Virus record (IMG/VR): IMGVR_UViG_3300025093_000028
Span: 1 to 52,630 of that record
Strand: one strand, 5' to 3'
Source: a virus
Lineage: Duplodnaviria; Caudoviricetes
DNA length: 52,630 nt
Notes under the pieces: model-generated
What the model was told of the DNA's origin: nothing
Database searches by the model: none
What the model saw: only the letters and a program-made list of their open reading frames with translations
Shown here: piece after piece, positions 1 through 9,624 of the stretch
Layout of the letters: each line of letters opens with the position of its first letter
Position numbering within the stretch: position 1 is the first letter of the stretch
Program-made: the position numbers and the translations under genes

Positions 1-1
1 C

Positions 2-1003
2 TGAATCACCTTGAAGTCCTGGATTAAGACATCCAAATTGTTGTGATGTAGGTGTATCATCATCTGGTCTTATCACTGCTATAATATCTTCATACACCCA
101 CACAGGACCTGTTGCACTAGCTGCAACTGGTAGTGTTAGACCTGTTTGATTTACTCTTAAATTTCCACAAACACCTTCACCTCTAGCTCCAGAAGTTCTT
201 CCTGATGTCCAGATTTTTGGATTAGTGGCAAATAAGTTATCTAATTCAAGTGTTGTTGCAAACTGTGGGTTGTCGTTTGGTATTATACCATCTAGACCAA
301 TAGGTTGCCAAGACTTGTTATCAATTACATTTTGTTGTACAGAAAATAAAGCAGCATCTACTTTGTTAGTGATTCCTGAAGATTGGTAATATGTTGGAGC
401 ATATCTTACACTTCTTCCAACAATGTTTACTGGAGAAATGTAACCTGCTTGTGTTTCAGTGGCTTGGTATACATTGTTTACTGGATCATAATCATTTGTT
501 ATATCAGCAGGATTTGATAAATTCCTATCACTTGTAAAGTTAGGATTTTCTATAGTTACATGATTATTAGTTAGACCTACTAGTACTCCTGTTGCTGTAT
601 CTTTTACGATTGTACCTAATGTACCTACTGCAGGCCATCCTCTGTCTGAACTCATAGTTATACCTGCTCTAAGTGGCCTAGTAAACTGTCTGTTTGTAAA
701 TTCACCAGAGTTAGCACCACTCCATCCCCCACAAGTTGTACATCCTAATTGATATGCTCGTGATGCTTCAATTACATCTATTTTAATCACTTGATCACCT
801 ACAGTAATTTCAGATGGAAGAATTTCTTCAGGAGATAAGTCTTCAATAGGTTTCTTCTGAGTTACACTACATACAATAGCAGGTTCTCCAGTGGCTGTAC
901 CTCCAGAGACTTTTTCTCCCAAACCTACTGAATTAAGATTAGGATTAGCTTTTGCCATCTCTTTTATCTTATCTTTTATTTCTTGTGTTAATTCTAGTGA
1001 CAT
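2..1003 (-). CDS. Trypsin-like (clan PA, Nal1/Ssy5-like) serine protease with N-terminal pro-domain; 3' end truncated by the window edge
   Basis: Not in ORF track; translated by hand from ATG at 1003 (MSLELTQEIK...). Open for 334 codons to the edge. Contains GTLG...LTNNHV (His), VDAALF (Asp), SGRTSG, and PGLQGDS at the edge (Ser of GDSG). Confidence 0.8.
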   Translation of the reverse strand, partial: MSLELTQEIKDKIKEMAKANPNLNSVGLGEKVSGGTATGEPAIVCSVTQKKPIEDLSPEEILPSEITVGDQVIKIDVIEASRAYQLGCTTCGGWSGANSGEFTNRQFTRPLRAGITMSSDRGWPAVGTLGTIVKDTATGVLVGLTNNHVTIENPNFTSDRNLSNPADITNDYDPVNNVYQATETQAGYISPVNIVGRSVRYAPTYYQSSGITNKVDAALFSVQQNVIDNKSWQPIGLDGIIPNDNPQFATTLELDNLFATNPKIWTSGRTSGARGEGVCGNLRVNQTGLTLPVAASATGPVWVYEDIIAVIRPDDDTPTSQQFGCLNPGLQGDS

Positions 1004-1015
1004 ATTCTATTAGTT

Positions 1016-3766
1016 TTATGCTGGTGTTTCTGCTTCAAACCACGTCCATATTGTATTTACACCTTCAAGTAATGTAGTGGTTGTAGTTGTTGTACTTGGT
1101 GGTGGATCAAATGATCTAATACCATCGCTTATTCTACATTCTGCTCTACTTCCAAAGTCAGCAGCTCCCCCTGGTGTTATTCCTGATGGTGCTTCTTCTG
1201 AAGGAACTAAACTCCAAACACTTGTATTTACATCAAGTCTCCATAAACCATCTAGTGAAGGATCTATAATTAAATCTGGTCTTACAGATATATATATGTA
1301 ATTATCAACCATTCCTATAGATGCAGTACCTTTAATACCTGTTGGTAAATTTATAGTTCCTTCTAATGCACCTGTCAAGTAATCAAATTGTTTTAGATTT
1401 CCAGTATCTAGAAAGCCACCAAATGGAAGACTTGGACTAATTAGTTTATTTGGTGTTACACCATCTTCTTTAAATGTAAGAAGTACATCTCCTGTAAGTC
1501 TAAAATCAGTATTCTCCCACTTTTCAGTAACTTGTAATTCTGTAGTTCCTTCAATAATTTCTACTTCTAAAACTTTATTTATTGAAGAAGTTTGGTAAAG
1601 TGCTACAAATTTAGTGTCATTTATTGTTTCCATGACACCAGGAGCAGGATTAGTCCACTCATTTGGGAATGTATAGAAAACTCCATCCCATGTGATATTA
1701 CCAGGAACACCATTAGTTCCTAATGTGTATCCATATCTTGTCAAATTACCTGGTAGTCCAGTTTGCAGTAAATTACCAATTAAATAGTTTTCACTAACTG
1801 AAAAATCAGGATATGACATATAGCTACCTTGTGGTAATACTATTTCTTCTTTTATAAATGATACAGGATTCCAAGCATATATTCTATTATAACCTGCTTG
1901 TCCAGGATAACATGCTCCAGGATTAGCTGCACAACTATTAACGTAAGCCTCAGGATAAATTAGATTACAAGTTAGAGGTGGTTGAGTACAAGCTAATGCA
2001 ATTGGTCCACCAGTTGGTGCAGTTCCTGATATAGTTAATACAGTGTAATCAGTTTCACAACTTATAATAAACTCTCCATTAGTACTATTATCACTATATA
2101 CTCCTCCTCCAAACTGATTACCTACAACATTAACTCCATAACCAGTTGATATTGTAATGGTTGGAGTTTCTGTATTTGTGTCTGCTTGATAAATATCTCC
2201 TTGGATAAATTCACCGTTTGAAAAAGTGGTGTTTAGTATTCCAACTCTTATTGCAATATTGTTTACAGGCTGAGGAAATGTTATTGTGTAGTCAAAAGGT
2301 TGACCAGAAGGACCAGATAACCCTACACCATTTGCTCTTGGTATAACTAAACCTGTATAAGGTCCAACATAATCTAGTGTATATGATGGATATAAGGTAA
2401 AACCAGTAGGAGGTGATGTTGCTGAAATACTACTTCCCTCAACAGTCATTCCTTGATAATCAAATGATACTGGACCTATATATGGACCACTTGCACCGCT
2501 TTCCTCTCTTACATTTAACCAAGGTAGGACAATAACATCATCACAAGGATCTTCATAATAAAGATCAACATCTGAACAACCAGTTGTTGAGAATACACTT
2601 GGTGCATCTGATGTTACAGTAAAGTCTGCAGCTGCTGTATATGGAGGTTGTTGTTCTACTGTATATAAAACAAGTGTTTCTGGATGAAGAACATACAATA
2701 TACCTTCTCTTGAGAATATATCCATGTACTTTTCACCTGTGTAAGCACTAGTAAATTCTGGAACTCCTAAATCTTGCAACTTCATTGGAGCTGTTATATT
2801 TTCTTGATTAGGTCCTGAATCTAAAGTTTTTTGTTGTATCCAGTTACCTGTTCTAGTATCACCTGGATTATCATAATCAAGTCTGAAATTTGTAATCACT
2901 TGACCATTATTAAGATGTAATACACCTGGATTTGAAACAGTTCCATTACAAGTATTTACAGCTGCTCCAAGACCAATTTTATCAGAAGAAGAACTTGGTA
3001 AACTTAAAGCTATATTACCTGTATCAGATATATCAATATTATACCCAACAACTGTTGGGCAAGTATTAGTGGCAGTTGGTCCACCAAAACCTACTACTAA
3101 AGTGGTATCATTAATAGCAGTTATAGTAGTACATTGAATACCTGTAAAAGTAAGATTACTTTCACTAATATTTGCTAAAGACACATTAATCTCTCTAACA
3201 AAAGATAAAGTTGGAGGATTTGATGTACTATTTATATTATACTCTTTAACTACAAAGTTAAGTGAGGTTTCATCTGTTTCACCAGATAACCACAATTTAG
3301 TTTGTGTTGCACATATTGGTCTAGTAACTCCTTGTGTTACTGTAAAATCATTAGGAACTAATACTGCAGATACTGTATTATTTATCATATCATATACTCC
3401 TATTTCTCCTGAATCTCCTCCAAAACTTGTCCAAGTACATAATGTTGCTGGTGGAAGTGATGTTGTAGTAGTGGTAGTTGGTGGTGGAGTGGTGGTTGTA
3501 GTTGTTGTAACATCACAAATAATAGACCCAGTAAAGTCACAGTTTGGTGTAGCACAAGAATAAATATCTGTTGAACCACAAAGACTATTTAAATTATCTA
3601 ATCTAACAACAGTAGTTCCATCAGGAGCCTCTACTTGATAACCAGCCAATAACGCTGCTTTAGAAACGTTTTGAGCAAACGGTATAGCAAAACCAGTTGC
3701 ATCTGAATACAAATCAAAAGGACCTGTTTCATTGCCTGCAAAACTTAATGTTATTATTATTGTCAT
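1016..3766 (-). CDS. Large tail/fibre-associated virion protein, beta-rich, with poly-Thr linkers
   Basis: 916 aa in the tail region of the late operon; T/S/G/P-rich; Thr tracts after a short N-terminal domain and before the C-terminus. Confidence 0.6.
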   Translation of the reverse strand: MTIIITLSFAGNETGPFDLYSDATGFAIPFAQNVSKAALLAGYQVEAPDGTTVVRLDNLNSLCGSTDIYSCATPNCDFTGSIICDVTTTTTTTPPPTTTTTTSLPPATLCTWTSFGGDSGEIGVYDMINNTVSAVLVPNDFTVTQGVTRPICATQTKLWLSGETDETSLNFVVKEYNINSTSNPPTLSFVREINVSLANISESNLTFTGIQCTTITAINDTTLVVGFGGPTATNTCPTVVGYNIDISDTGNIALSLPSSSSDKIGLGAAVNTCNGTVSNPGVLHLNNGQVITNFRLDYDNPGDTRTGNWIQQKTLDSGPNQENITAPMKLQDLGVPEFTSAYTGEKYMDIFSREGILYVLHPETLVLYTVEQQPPYTAAADFTVTSDAPSVFSTTGCSDVDLYYEDPCDDVIVLPWLNVREESGASGPYIGPVSFDYQGMTVEGSSISATSPPTGFTLYPSYTLDYVGPYTGLVIPRANGVGLSGPSGQPFDYTITFPQPVNNIAIRVGILNTTFSNGEFIQGDIYQADTNTETPTITISTGYGVNVVGNQFGGGVYSDNSTNGEFIISCETDYTVLTISGTAPTGGPIALACTQPPLTCNLIYPEAYVNSCAANPGACYPGQAGYNRIYAWNPVSFIKEEIVLPQGSYMSYPDFSVSENYLIGNLLQTGLPGNLTRYGYTLGTNGVPGNITWDGVFYTFPNEWTNPAPGVMETINDTKFVALYQTSSINKVLEVEIIEGTTELQVTEKWENTDFRLTGDVLLTFKEDGVTPNKLISPSLPFGGFLDTGNLKQFDYLTGALEGTINLPTGIKGTASIGMVDNYIYISVRPDLIIDPSLDGLWRLDVNTSVWSLVPSEEAPSGITPGGAADFGSRAECRISDGIRSFDPPPSTTTTTTTLLEGVNTIWTWFEAETPA

Positions 3767-3792
3767 ATTACTTACTATATTGTGGTTTAATA

Positions 3793-5748
3793 TTAAGGTG
3801 CTCCTGTAAGACCTGTCATGTCCAGCTCTTCAGTAGCAGCAGATTTTACAAAACTTACTGTAGATAACTTACTATCAGTTTCTACTGATGTATCATTTAA
3901 TATAATAGTTCCGTCAAGGGTAGCTCTATTTGTAAATGCAAATGTTCCTGTTTTCTCAGTTTGAATAGTAATTTCTATATCATCTCCAGCGTTACAGAGA
4001 ATTAAACCACTATCATTTGCCATCAATGTACCTGAACTAATACCGTTTCTAGATATTGTTGCTCTAACAACAATAGGTTGTCCACCGTTTGACAAGTCCC
4101 AATTTAATTTAACAGTTGGAACCTCAGTGGTAGTTGTTGTAGTGGTTGTTGGTGCTACAGTTGTTGTAGTTGTAGTGGTTGGTGCACAAGATCCCCACTC
4201 AACAAAGAAGGAGTCAGTGCTTGGATTAAAGTTTTGAAGAATCGAATCAAGATTCTGACCATCTTTATCTATTGATGAGAATTGAAAATCACTAGTGGTA
4301 ATTAGCTGCGGACTATTTGGACGGAAGAAACCATACGAAACATCCACTGCACCAAGAGCCCCATTTTCATAGTTATACCATGCGTCATATATTGTTCCTC
4401 CTATATTAAACTGTACATATACAGGAGTGGATATTCCTGACCAAGAAGTTTCACCTGTTGTGTTTATATCTGGACCAATTGGTGCAGGATTAAGAAGTAA
4501 ACTATTTTTAGTAATGCTAGGATTCGAATTACTATCATACCACGAAGCATAGTTTATATCTTGGCTTGAGTTATTATATAATAAACAATTAGGTGCTACA
4601 GTTGTTGTACTAGTTGTAGTTGATGTACTAGATGTACTAGTTGTAGTTGTAGTTGGTCCAGGACACACATAAAAATCAAGTACAACTCCAGCTAGCGCAT
4701 CAGCTGGAGGAGACAATACAAGTTTTAGTTCACTTATATTTCCACTAACTGGTGAAATTGCTGTAACTCCTGAAGAGGTTACTGGGGACGATGATGCTGG
4801 AATTGTTCCACTTAAATTAACTGTGTTTTGATCTATTTGACTTGTTATATAAGATCCACATGCAATTATTTCAGTGGCAGCAATTTCTTGAGGAGATGTT
4901 ATAGAAAGAATCTCTACGTCTCCTGGTCTTTCAATTGAACCATAACCCCCACTTATAAATGCTATAGCGTTTATTGGAGGATTAAAATTCATTACTAATG
5001 TTGAACCACCCTTCATACCAAGAGCACCTTGTCCACCAGATTGATTTGTCTGGTATGCCCCATTACATACCTCACTAGTACCTGGTGTAAATGGAACATA
5101 AATGGGTGCTAGTCCAAGATAGCTTGTAGTTAATTGAACTCCGTTGCTCAATATTTTAGTTCCATTTCCAGTCTGTACATTAGGGAAACCTTCTGGATCA
5201 GTAAAATCAAATGCTTCTATACAATCAAAAACAATAATTGTAGTGGTGGTTGTAGTTGTACTACTTGTACTACTTGTGGTAGTAGTTGTAGTTAGTTCTT
5301 CAAAACATCCTTCTATTCTACAATCTGGATAGATAGTAGTTGTAGTTGTAGTTGTTGATGATGTGCTAGTTGTCGTAGTGGTAGTACTAGAAGTACTTGT
5401 AGTGGTAGTAGTTGGGTTTGGTACAACATCAACACAACATGTAGTGATTTCACATACAGTTGGTTCATTACATCTGCTAACACATCCAGATGTTAAACGA
5501 ATCACTTTACCAGCAATATCGTTAACAGAAACAGACCCTGCATAATGAGGGTTACAATACTTAAACGTTAGTATACGTTTATACGCTAACAACTGATTGA
5601 TCTCATAAGCAGATATACAGTTACCTAACATGAATACAACATCATTGTATGCATTGTTAGCAAGCTCTGCCAGCTTACAATCAATCTGTTTAAGTAGGTC
5701 AGGAATCTTGTGACAATCCTGACAATTTGTTAATCTGGGTGTTAACAT
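3793..5748 (-). CDS. Tail hub-like N-terminal domain fused to beta-rich domains separated by four poly-Thr/Ser tracts
   Basis: 651 aa; Cys-rich helical N-terminus of about 100 aa; position matches the second hub gene of crAss-like phages (synteny only). Confidence 0.55.
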   Translation of the reverse strand: MLTPRLTNCQDCHKIPDLLKQIDCKLAELANNAYNDVVFMLGNCISAYEINQLLAYKRILTFKYCNPHYAGSVSVNDIAGKVIRLTSGCVSRCNEPTVCEITTCCVDVVPNPTTTTTSTSSTTTTTTSTSSTTTTTTTIYPDCRIEGCFEELTTTTTTSSTSSTTTTTTTIIVFDCIEAFDFTDPEGFPNVQTGNGTKILSNGVQLTTSYLGLAPIYVPFTPGTSEVCNGAYQTNQSGGQGALGMKGGSTLVMNFNPPINAIAFISGGYGSIERPGDVEILSITSPQEIAATEIIACGSYITSQIDQNTVNLSGTIPASSSPVTSSGVTAISPVSGNISELKLVLSPPADALAGVVLDFYVCPGPTTTTTSTSSTSTTTSTTTVAPNCLLYNNSSQDINYASWYDSNSNPSITKNSLLLNPAPIGPDINTTGETSWSGISTPVYVQFNIGGTIYDAWYNYENGALGAVDVSYGFFRPNSPQLITTSDFQFSSIDKDGQNLDSILQNFNPSTDSFFVEWGSCAPTTTTTTTVAPTTTTTTTTEVPTVKLNWDLSNGGQPIVVRATISRNGISSGTLMANDSGLILCNAGDDIEITIQTEKTGTFAFTNRATLDGTIILNDTSVETDSKLSTVSFVKSAATEELDMTGLTGAP

Positions 5749-5763
5749 AATTAAATGTGATGT

Positions 5764-5862
5764 TTATACTCCTTTATTACTACTGTTGCAATGAGCACAT
5801 AGACCGTTTGTTAACTGACATCCACATCCCACCTTTGCACCACAATTTGCACACTGAGCCAT
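5764..5862 (-). CDS. 32-aa Cys-rich mini-protein (MAQCANCGAKVGCGCQLTNGLCAHCNSSNKGV)
   Basis: Not in ORF track. ATG lies 1 nt after the stop of 5864..6436 and the ORF fills the gap to the next gene; CxxC-x5-CxC-x6-CxxC. Confidence 0.75.
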   Translation of the reverse strand: MAQCANCGAKVGCGCQLTNGLCAHCNSSNKGV

Positions 5863-5863
5863 T

Positions 5864-6436
5864 TTATGTAAAGTTTATAATGTAGTTGTTACCGTTACCA
5901 GAACAACCACAATTGGTTTTCAAAAATTGATCAAGCATGTTGCTTGCTTTTGTATATAACTTAAGAGCTTCTTGCTCAGCACAATTATTTGCTGCAGCAA
6001 TTGCTCCTTGAATAAAAAAGTTGATTGTGTTTAAATTCACACTAGCTTGAGTTCTAAGAGCACTATCGCACTCCATCATATCAAGCTTTAAAAACGCATT
6101 GTCAAACTTCTCCTGTAGTTTATCAACACGCATAATAGTCTTCTCAACATAGTTTAGATATGCTGGAGCTATAGAATATTTTAACTTATATATACCGTCA
6201 GGTAGAGCTTGTTTGCAACCATCTTCAGTAATACCTAAAGTGTCAGATGCAAAGATGTTTGTTTCTAACGGTAGGAAGGGTAGTATTTTTGTACCAAAAT
6301 TTGGTACTTCTATTTCAATTGTTGGTGCTGATACAACTGGTGGACTATCTGGGTAGATAGACGCATCTGTAACAGCGAGCAATAGAGTACTATAGCTAGG
6401 AGGAACTATGATGTCTAATTGTAAAGTGGCTGCCAT
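5864..6436 (-). CDS. Tail hub/adaptor-like virion protein
   Basis: 190 aa, beta N-terminal half (LPDGIYKLKYS) and helical Cys-containing C-terminal half; follows the auxiliary capsid gene as in crAss-like gene order. Confidence 0.55.
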   Translation of the reverse strand: MAATLQLDIIVPPSYSTLLLAVTDASIYPDSPPVVSAPTIEIEVPNFGTKILPFLPLETNIFASDTLGITEDGCKQALPDGIYKLKYSIAPAYLNYVEKTIMRVDKLQEKFDNAFLKLDMMECDSALRTQASVNLNTINFFIQGAIAAANNCAEQEALKLYTKASNMLDQFLKTNCGCSGNGNNYIINFT

Positions 6437-6448
6437 TATTATTGTTTT

Positions 6449-6497
6449 AAAAAAAAATGCCAGAGGATATGAGTGTAAATCCTCTCACCTCTGGCAT
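6449..6497 (-). terminator. Intrinsic terminator/attenuator after the auxiliary capsid gene
   Basis: Perfect 10-bp stem ATGCCAGAGG (6457-6466) / CCTCTGGCAT (6488-6497); A-run 6449-6457 gives a U-tract on the - strand. Confidence 0.8.
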
Positions 6498-6536
6498 AGG
6501 TTTATGTTAAAAGTCTATCCCTACTACTAGCTCTAA

Positions 6537-7679
6537 TTATGGAGCAGTTGTAGTAGTTGTAGTTGTAATACAAGTGTTGTCATCAACAACAGCACCCAAA
6601 GCAGATACTAATACAGCTTCTACTAAAGCACCAATACCACTTGTATCAGCATTAGGAACAGCAATGATTACAGTTGAATCTTGCATTACGTAATCTCCCC
6701 ACTGATAAGCAGACTTATCATATTGGTTAAATTTGATGTAATAGCTGTCATAAACAGTTCCATCAGTTACGTAAGATTCAAAGTTCTCATTGTATCCACC
6801 CATACGATACAAAGATTTTAAGTATCCAGCTTGGTAGCTATAGAAGTTCTTTTCTAGTTGCTTGAACTCATCAGATCCTCCAGAAGCATAAGATGCTTTT
6901 TGGATAACAGATGAAGTTGCAACAGGGTTACAGTTGTCTGCAACAATAAAGTCAGCAGTTGTAGCAGGTCCTTCATATACAAAAGTACTAAAGTACATTC
7001 TGTCATACTCGAATGGGAATGCAGCAACATCACATGGTTGACCATATTTAGTTAATGGTTTTCCATGAATACGTAGAATAGTTCCACCAACATTTTCAAA
7101 CTCGAAGAAAGTGTTGAAAGAGATGTTATCTGGGTTGTCACCAGGAGCAGCTTCTTCTAACTTAGCAATAATAGAGTTGATTAGTGCGTTAGTGTCAACA
7201 TCAGTACATACATCACCACCACACTCACAACATGGAGCCTGTACAGTTACAGAACGTGTAAATCCATTGAAGTATAATGTGTCAATGTAAGAAGAGTGAG
7301 CACGTAGTGTTAAAGTTACCACCTCACCACATTGTACTGTAAAACTAGTTACATCTGTAATTTGGTTAGCAGCAGTAGCACATCCTGATACTTTGTACCA
7401 TTCAGTTACGTTTGTTTTTGGGTTGTTACCTGCATTTTGATTAACACCAGAGATTTTGTCAGATCTTTTTGATCCTTGTAAATAAGTGTTTTCTCTACCT
7501 TGAGCTACGTAGAAATAGTTAACACCAGCATCATCGATGTTAGCTGCAGTAGCTAAATTGTAATCAGGTTTAAAGAAACCTACTTGACCTGCAGTAAGAT
7601 CTTGAGTTGAACCAGAGCTAGGGAGAGCAGTCTGCCCTACTGGCACCACGAATAACGTGGTTAATGAAAAATCAGCCAT
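6537..7679 (-). CDS. Auxiliary capsid (stabilisation) protein, crAss-like
   Basis: 380 aa, third gene after MCP, followed by a strong terminator; ends CITTTTTTTAP. Confidence 0.65.
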   Translation of the reverse strand: MADFSLTTLFVVPVGQTALPSSGSTQDLTAGQVGFFKPDYNLATAANIDDAGVNYFYVAQGRENTYLQGSKRSDKISGVNQNAGNNPKTNVTEWYKVSGCATAANQITDVTSFTVQCGEVVTLTLRAHSSYIDTLYFNGFTRSVTVQAPCCECGGDVCTDVDTNALINSIIAKLEEAAPGDNPDNISFNTFFEFENVGGTILRIHGKPLTKYGQPCDVAAFPFEYDRMYFSTFVYEGPATTADFIVADNCNPVATSSVIQKASYASGGSDEFKQLEKNFYSYQAGYLKSLYRMGGYNENFESYVTDGTVYDSYYIKFNQYDKSAYQWGDYVMQDSTVIIAVPNADTSGIGALVEAVLVSALGAVVDDNTCITTTTTTTAP

Positions 7680-7708
7680 TTTTTATGATTTAAAGGTTAA
7701 AAATAATT

Positions 7709-8440
7709 TTATTCATTAGTTTGTATTCTGAACTGTGCACTTTGCACCGCACTAGCGTTTTCAGTATACATTGCAAGATTTTGAACTGTCAGATCTAGAA
7801 GTTCATCTTCTAAGTATTCTGCTAACTCACAATCTTGATTAGTAGATGGGGATCCATCCAACATGATATAACCTGCTTTGTTAATATACACAGGGTATCT
7901 CATATACATTATGTAAATATCTTTGGGAGTAAATGTACCATCAGTATATACGCTGATAGTGTCAGAAGATATAGCATTTAAGGTTTCTTGATACTCAAAA
8001 CTAGGTTTGTAGTGATCATTGTTAAGTAAGAGAGATAGGTCTCCATGCTTACTTAAGTCCTTGTTAATCCATATCTTACGATCTTTGCACTTACCTTTAT
8101 CAGCCAATACATAACTGTCAACATAAAACATGTATTTAGGTTTTAGTGCAGTTAGATCAGCATCCCATTGATGTAGTTCGGTATTAGTTTCTGTTAAAGG
8201 TAGTGGTTGACTTGTAAAATCTATAACTAAATTTTGTAAGTCTTCGTACCTTTTTTTAAAAGCATCAAATCCTAACTTGTTAGGAATTGCAAAACCATCA
8301 ACTTTTTGTTTTATCAACTTGATCTGAGCCTCATTCAAAGCTAAGATCTTGTCTTCTAGTTGAATCTGTTGATGCTCGTTAGTTGATAGTTTATTTAGTT
8401 TCTGGTCTATTTTGTATAATAAACTATCTACTTGTATCAT
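7709..8440 (-). CDS. Tail ring / head-tail adaptor protein
   Basis: 243 aa; helical N-terminus (ALNEAQIKLIKQ), YIMYMRYP and C-terminal CELAEYLEDELLDL pattern typical of ring proteins; synteny. Confidence 0.6.
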   Translation of the reverse strand: MIQVDSLLYKIDQKLNKLSTNEHQQIQLEDKILALNEAQIKLIKQKVDGFAIPNKLGFDAFKKRYEDLQNLVIDFTSQPLPLTETNTELHQWDADLTALKPKYMFYVDSYVLADKGKCKDRKIWINKDLSKHGDLSLLLNNDHYKPSFEYQETLNAISSDTISVYTDGTFTPKDIYIMYMRYPVYINKAGYIMLDGSPSTNQDCELAEYLEDELLDLTVQNLAMYTENASAVQSAQFRIQTNE

Positions 8441-8467
8441 TTATAAAAGAGTTTTAAAACTAGCCCC

Positions 8468-9436
8468 TTATACAGAAGCTAGTTTTTTAGTTTTCAACTT
8501 TCCTTCCAATACTAACAACTCATCTTGGTTGTCCTCATCAGCTAGAAACTTAATTAATTCTTCTTCTTCTTTTGCTATCTCATACTCACCCTCAAAAACT
8601 CTACCATTTGGCTTAACTCTGTAGATGGAATGCTGAATAGCTTGTTTAACTAAATCTTTAATATGGAGTAAATTTTCTTTCATATCAGCGAATCTGTTGA
8701 ACACTTCTACAGGATTTAACCCTTTGAAGTTACCACTTGTCATCTCTGATTGTTTCAACATATTATCAACTTGGTTATATACAACTTCTTCTTTTGTCTC
8801 ATCTGTCACAGGAAGTCCTAAAAGTCTTGCAACTTTCTTTTTCTTCTCAGGAGTCATTGAGTCAAACTTGATAATAGCTTTGTTAATAAGCTGTTTCTTC
8901 TTGTAGACAAGAGCATTTTCTATATCATCATTAACAACATAGAATTGTGTGTCTGCTGGAAACTCACCTCTTTCCCAAGCCTGGTATGAAGATGCAATAG
9001 TTGGATGAACTCTTAACCATGCAAATGCAAGCTCTTGTAAAGGTTGATTCAAGTCAAATAAGTTATCTCCATCTAAAAGTTTTACAGGCTGTACATGTAA
9101 TGAATCATTCACTCCTGTAGATAGTGCATAGTTCCAGAATTTAGCTCTTGGCCCTAAGTCAATATCACCTAGTTTTTGTTGAAGCTTATCACGAAGTTCT
9201 GTTACACGCTCAATCTCCAACTCTTTTTCTGTTGGATCTTGAATACGTCTAATGTAACCAGCATCAGGATCTAATCCTGTTCTGTACTTACCATCTAGCT
9301 CTTTGTATGGATATTTAAAAACTCCTGTTCCAGGAATTCTTGTCATGCCCATGTTGGCAAGATTACTATCCATAGTTTGCAATTGAGAACTGTTATATTG
9401 TTTCTTAATAGTAGAAACTTTTCCTAATTTACCCAT
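8468..9436 (-). CDS. Conserved crAss-like morphogenesis protein following MCP
   Basis: 322 aa directly downstream of MCP; function not recognisable. Confidence 0.55.
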   Translation of the reverse strand: MGKLGKVSTIKKQYNSSQLQTMDSNLANMGMTRIPGTGVFKYPYKELDGKYRTGLDPDAGYIRRIQDPTEKELEIERVTELRDKLQQKLGDIDLGPRAKFWNYALSTGVNDSLHVQPVKLLDGDNLFDLNQPLQELAFAWLRVHPTIASSYQAWERGEFPADTQFYVVNDDIENALVYKKKQLINKAIIKFDSMTPEKKKKVARLLGLPVTDETKEEVVYNQVDNMLKQSEMTSGNFKGLNPVEVFNRFADMKENLLHIKDLVKQAIQHSIYRVKPNGRVFEGEYEIAKEEEELIKFLADEDNQDELLVLEGKLKTKKLASV

Positions 9437-9474
9437 AATGTAGTTTAATTAATAATGTTATTGGTTTATTTTGT

Positions 9475-9618
9475 AGAGTGATCCAATTGAATGGGTAGAA
9501 ACTTAATTCTTCACTCTGGTTGAGAAGGTAGTCCCCTCGTGAGGAGGGACAGTGTGGGATGAGGGGACTCTTCTCTCGAGAAAGAGTTGACTAGGGAAAG
9601 TCAACCGTAGATCTCTTT
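9475..9618 (-). ncRNA. Candidate structured RNA element in the MCP 3' intergenic region
   Basis: Three adjacent paired domains: AGAGTGA/TCACTCT (9475-9517); GAGAAG+AGTCCCCTC / GAGGGGACT+CTTCTC (9522-9575); AAAGAG+TTGACT / AGTCAA+CTCTTT (9581-9618). Confidence 0.5.
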
Positions 9619-9624
9619 TATATT

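Noticed and set aside
1077-5545. Val-rich + strand ORFs (1077..1301, 5144..5332, 5363..5545) that look like membrane peptides
   Set aside because: They are the antisense reading of the poly-Thr codons in real - strand genes.
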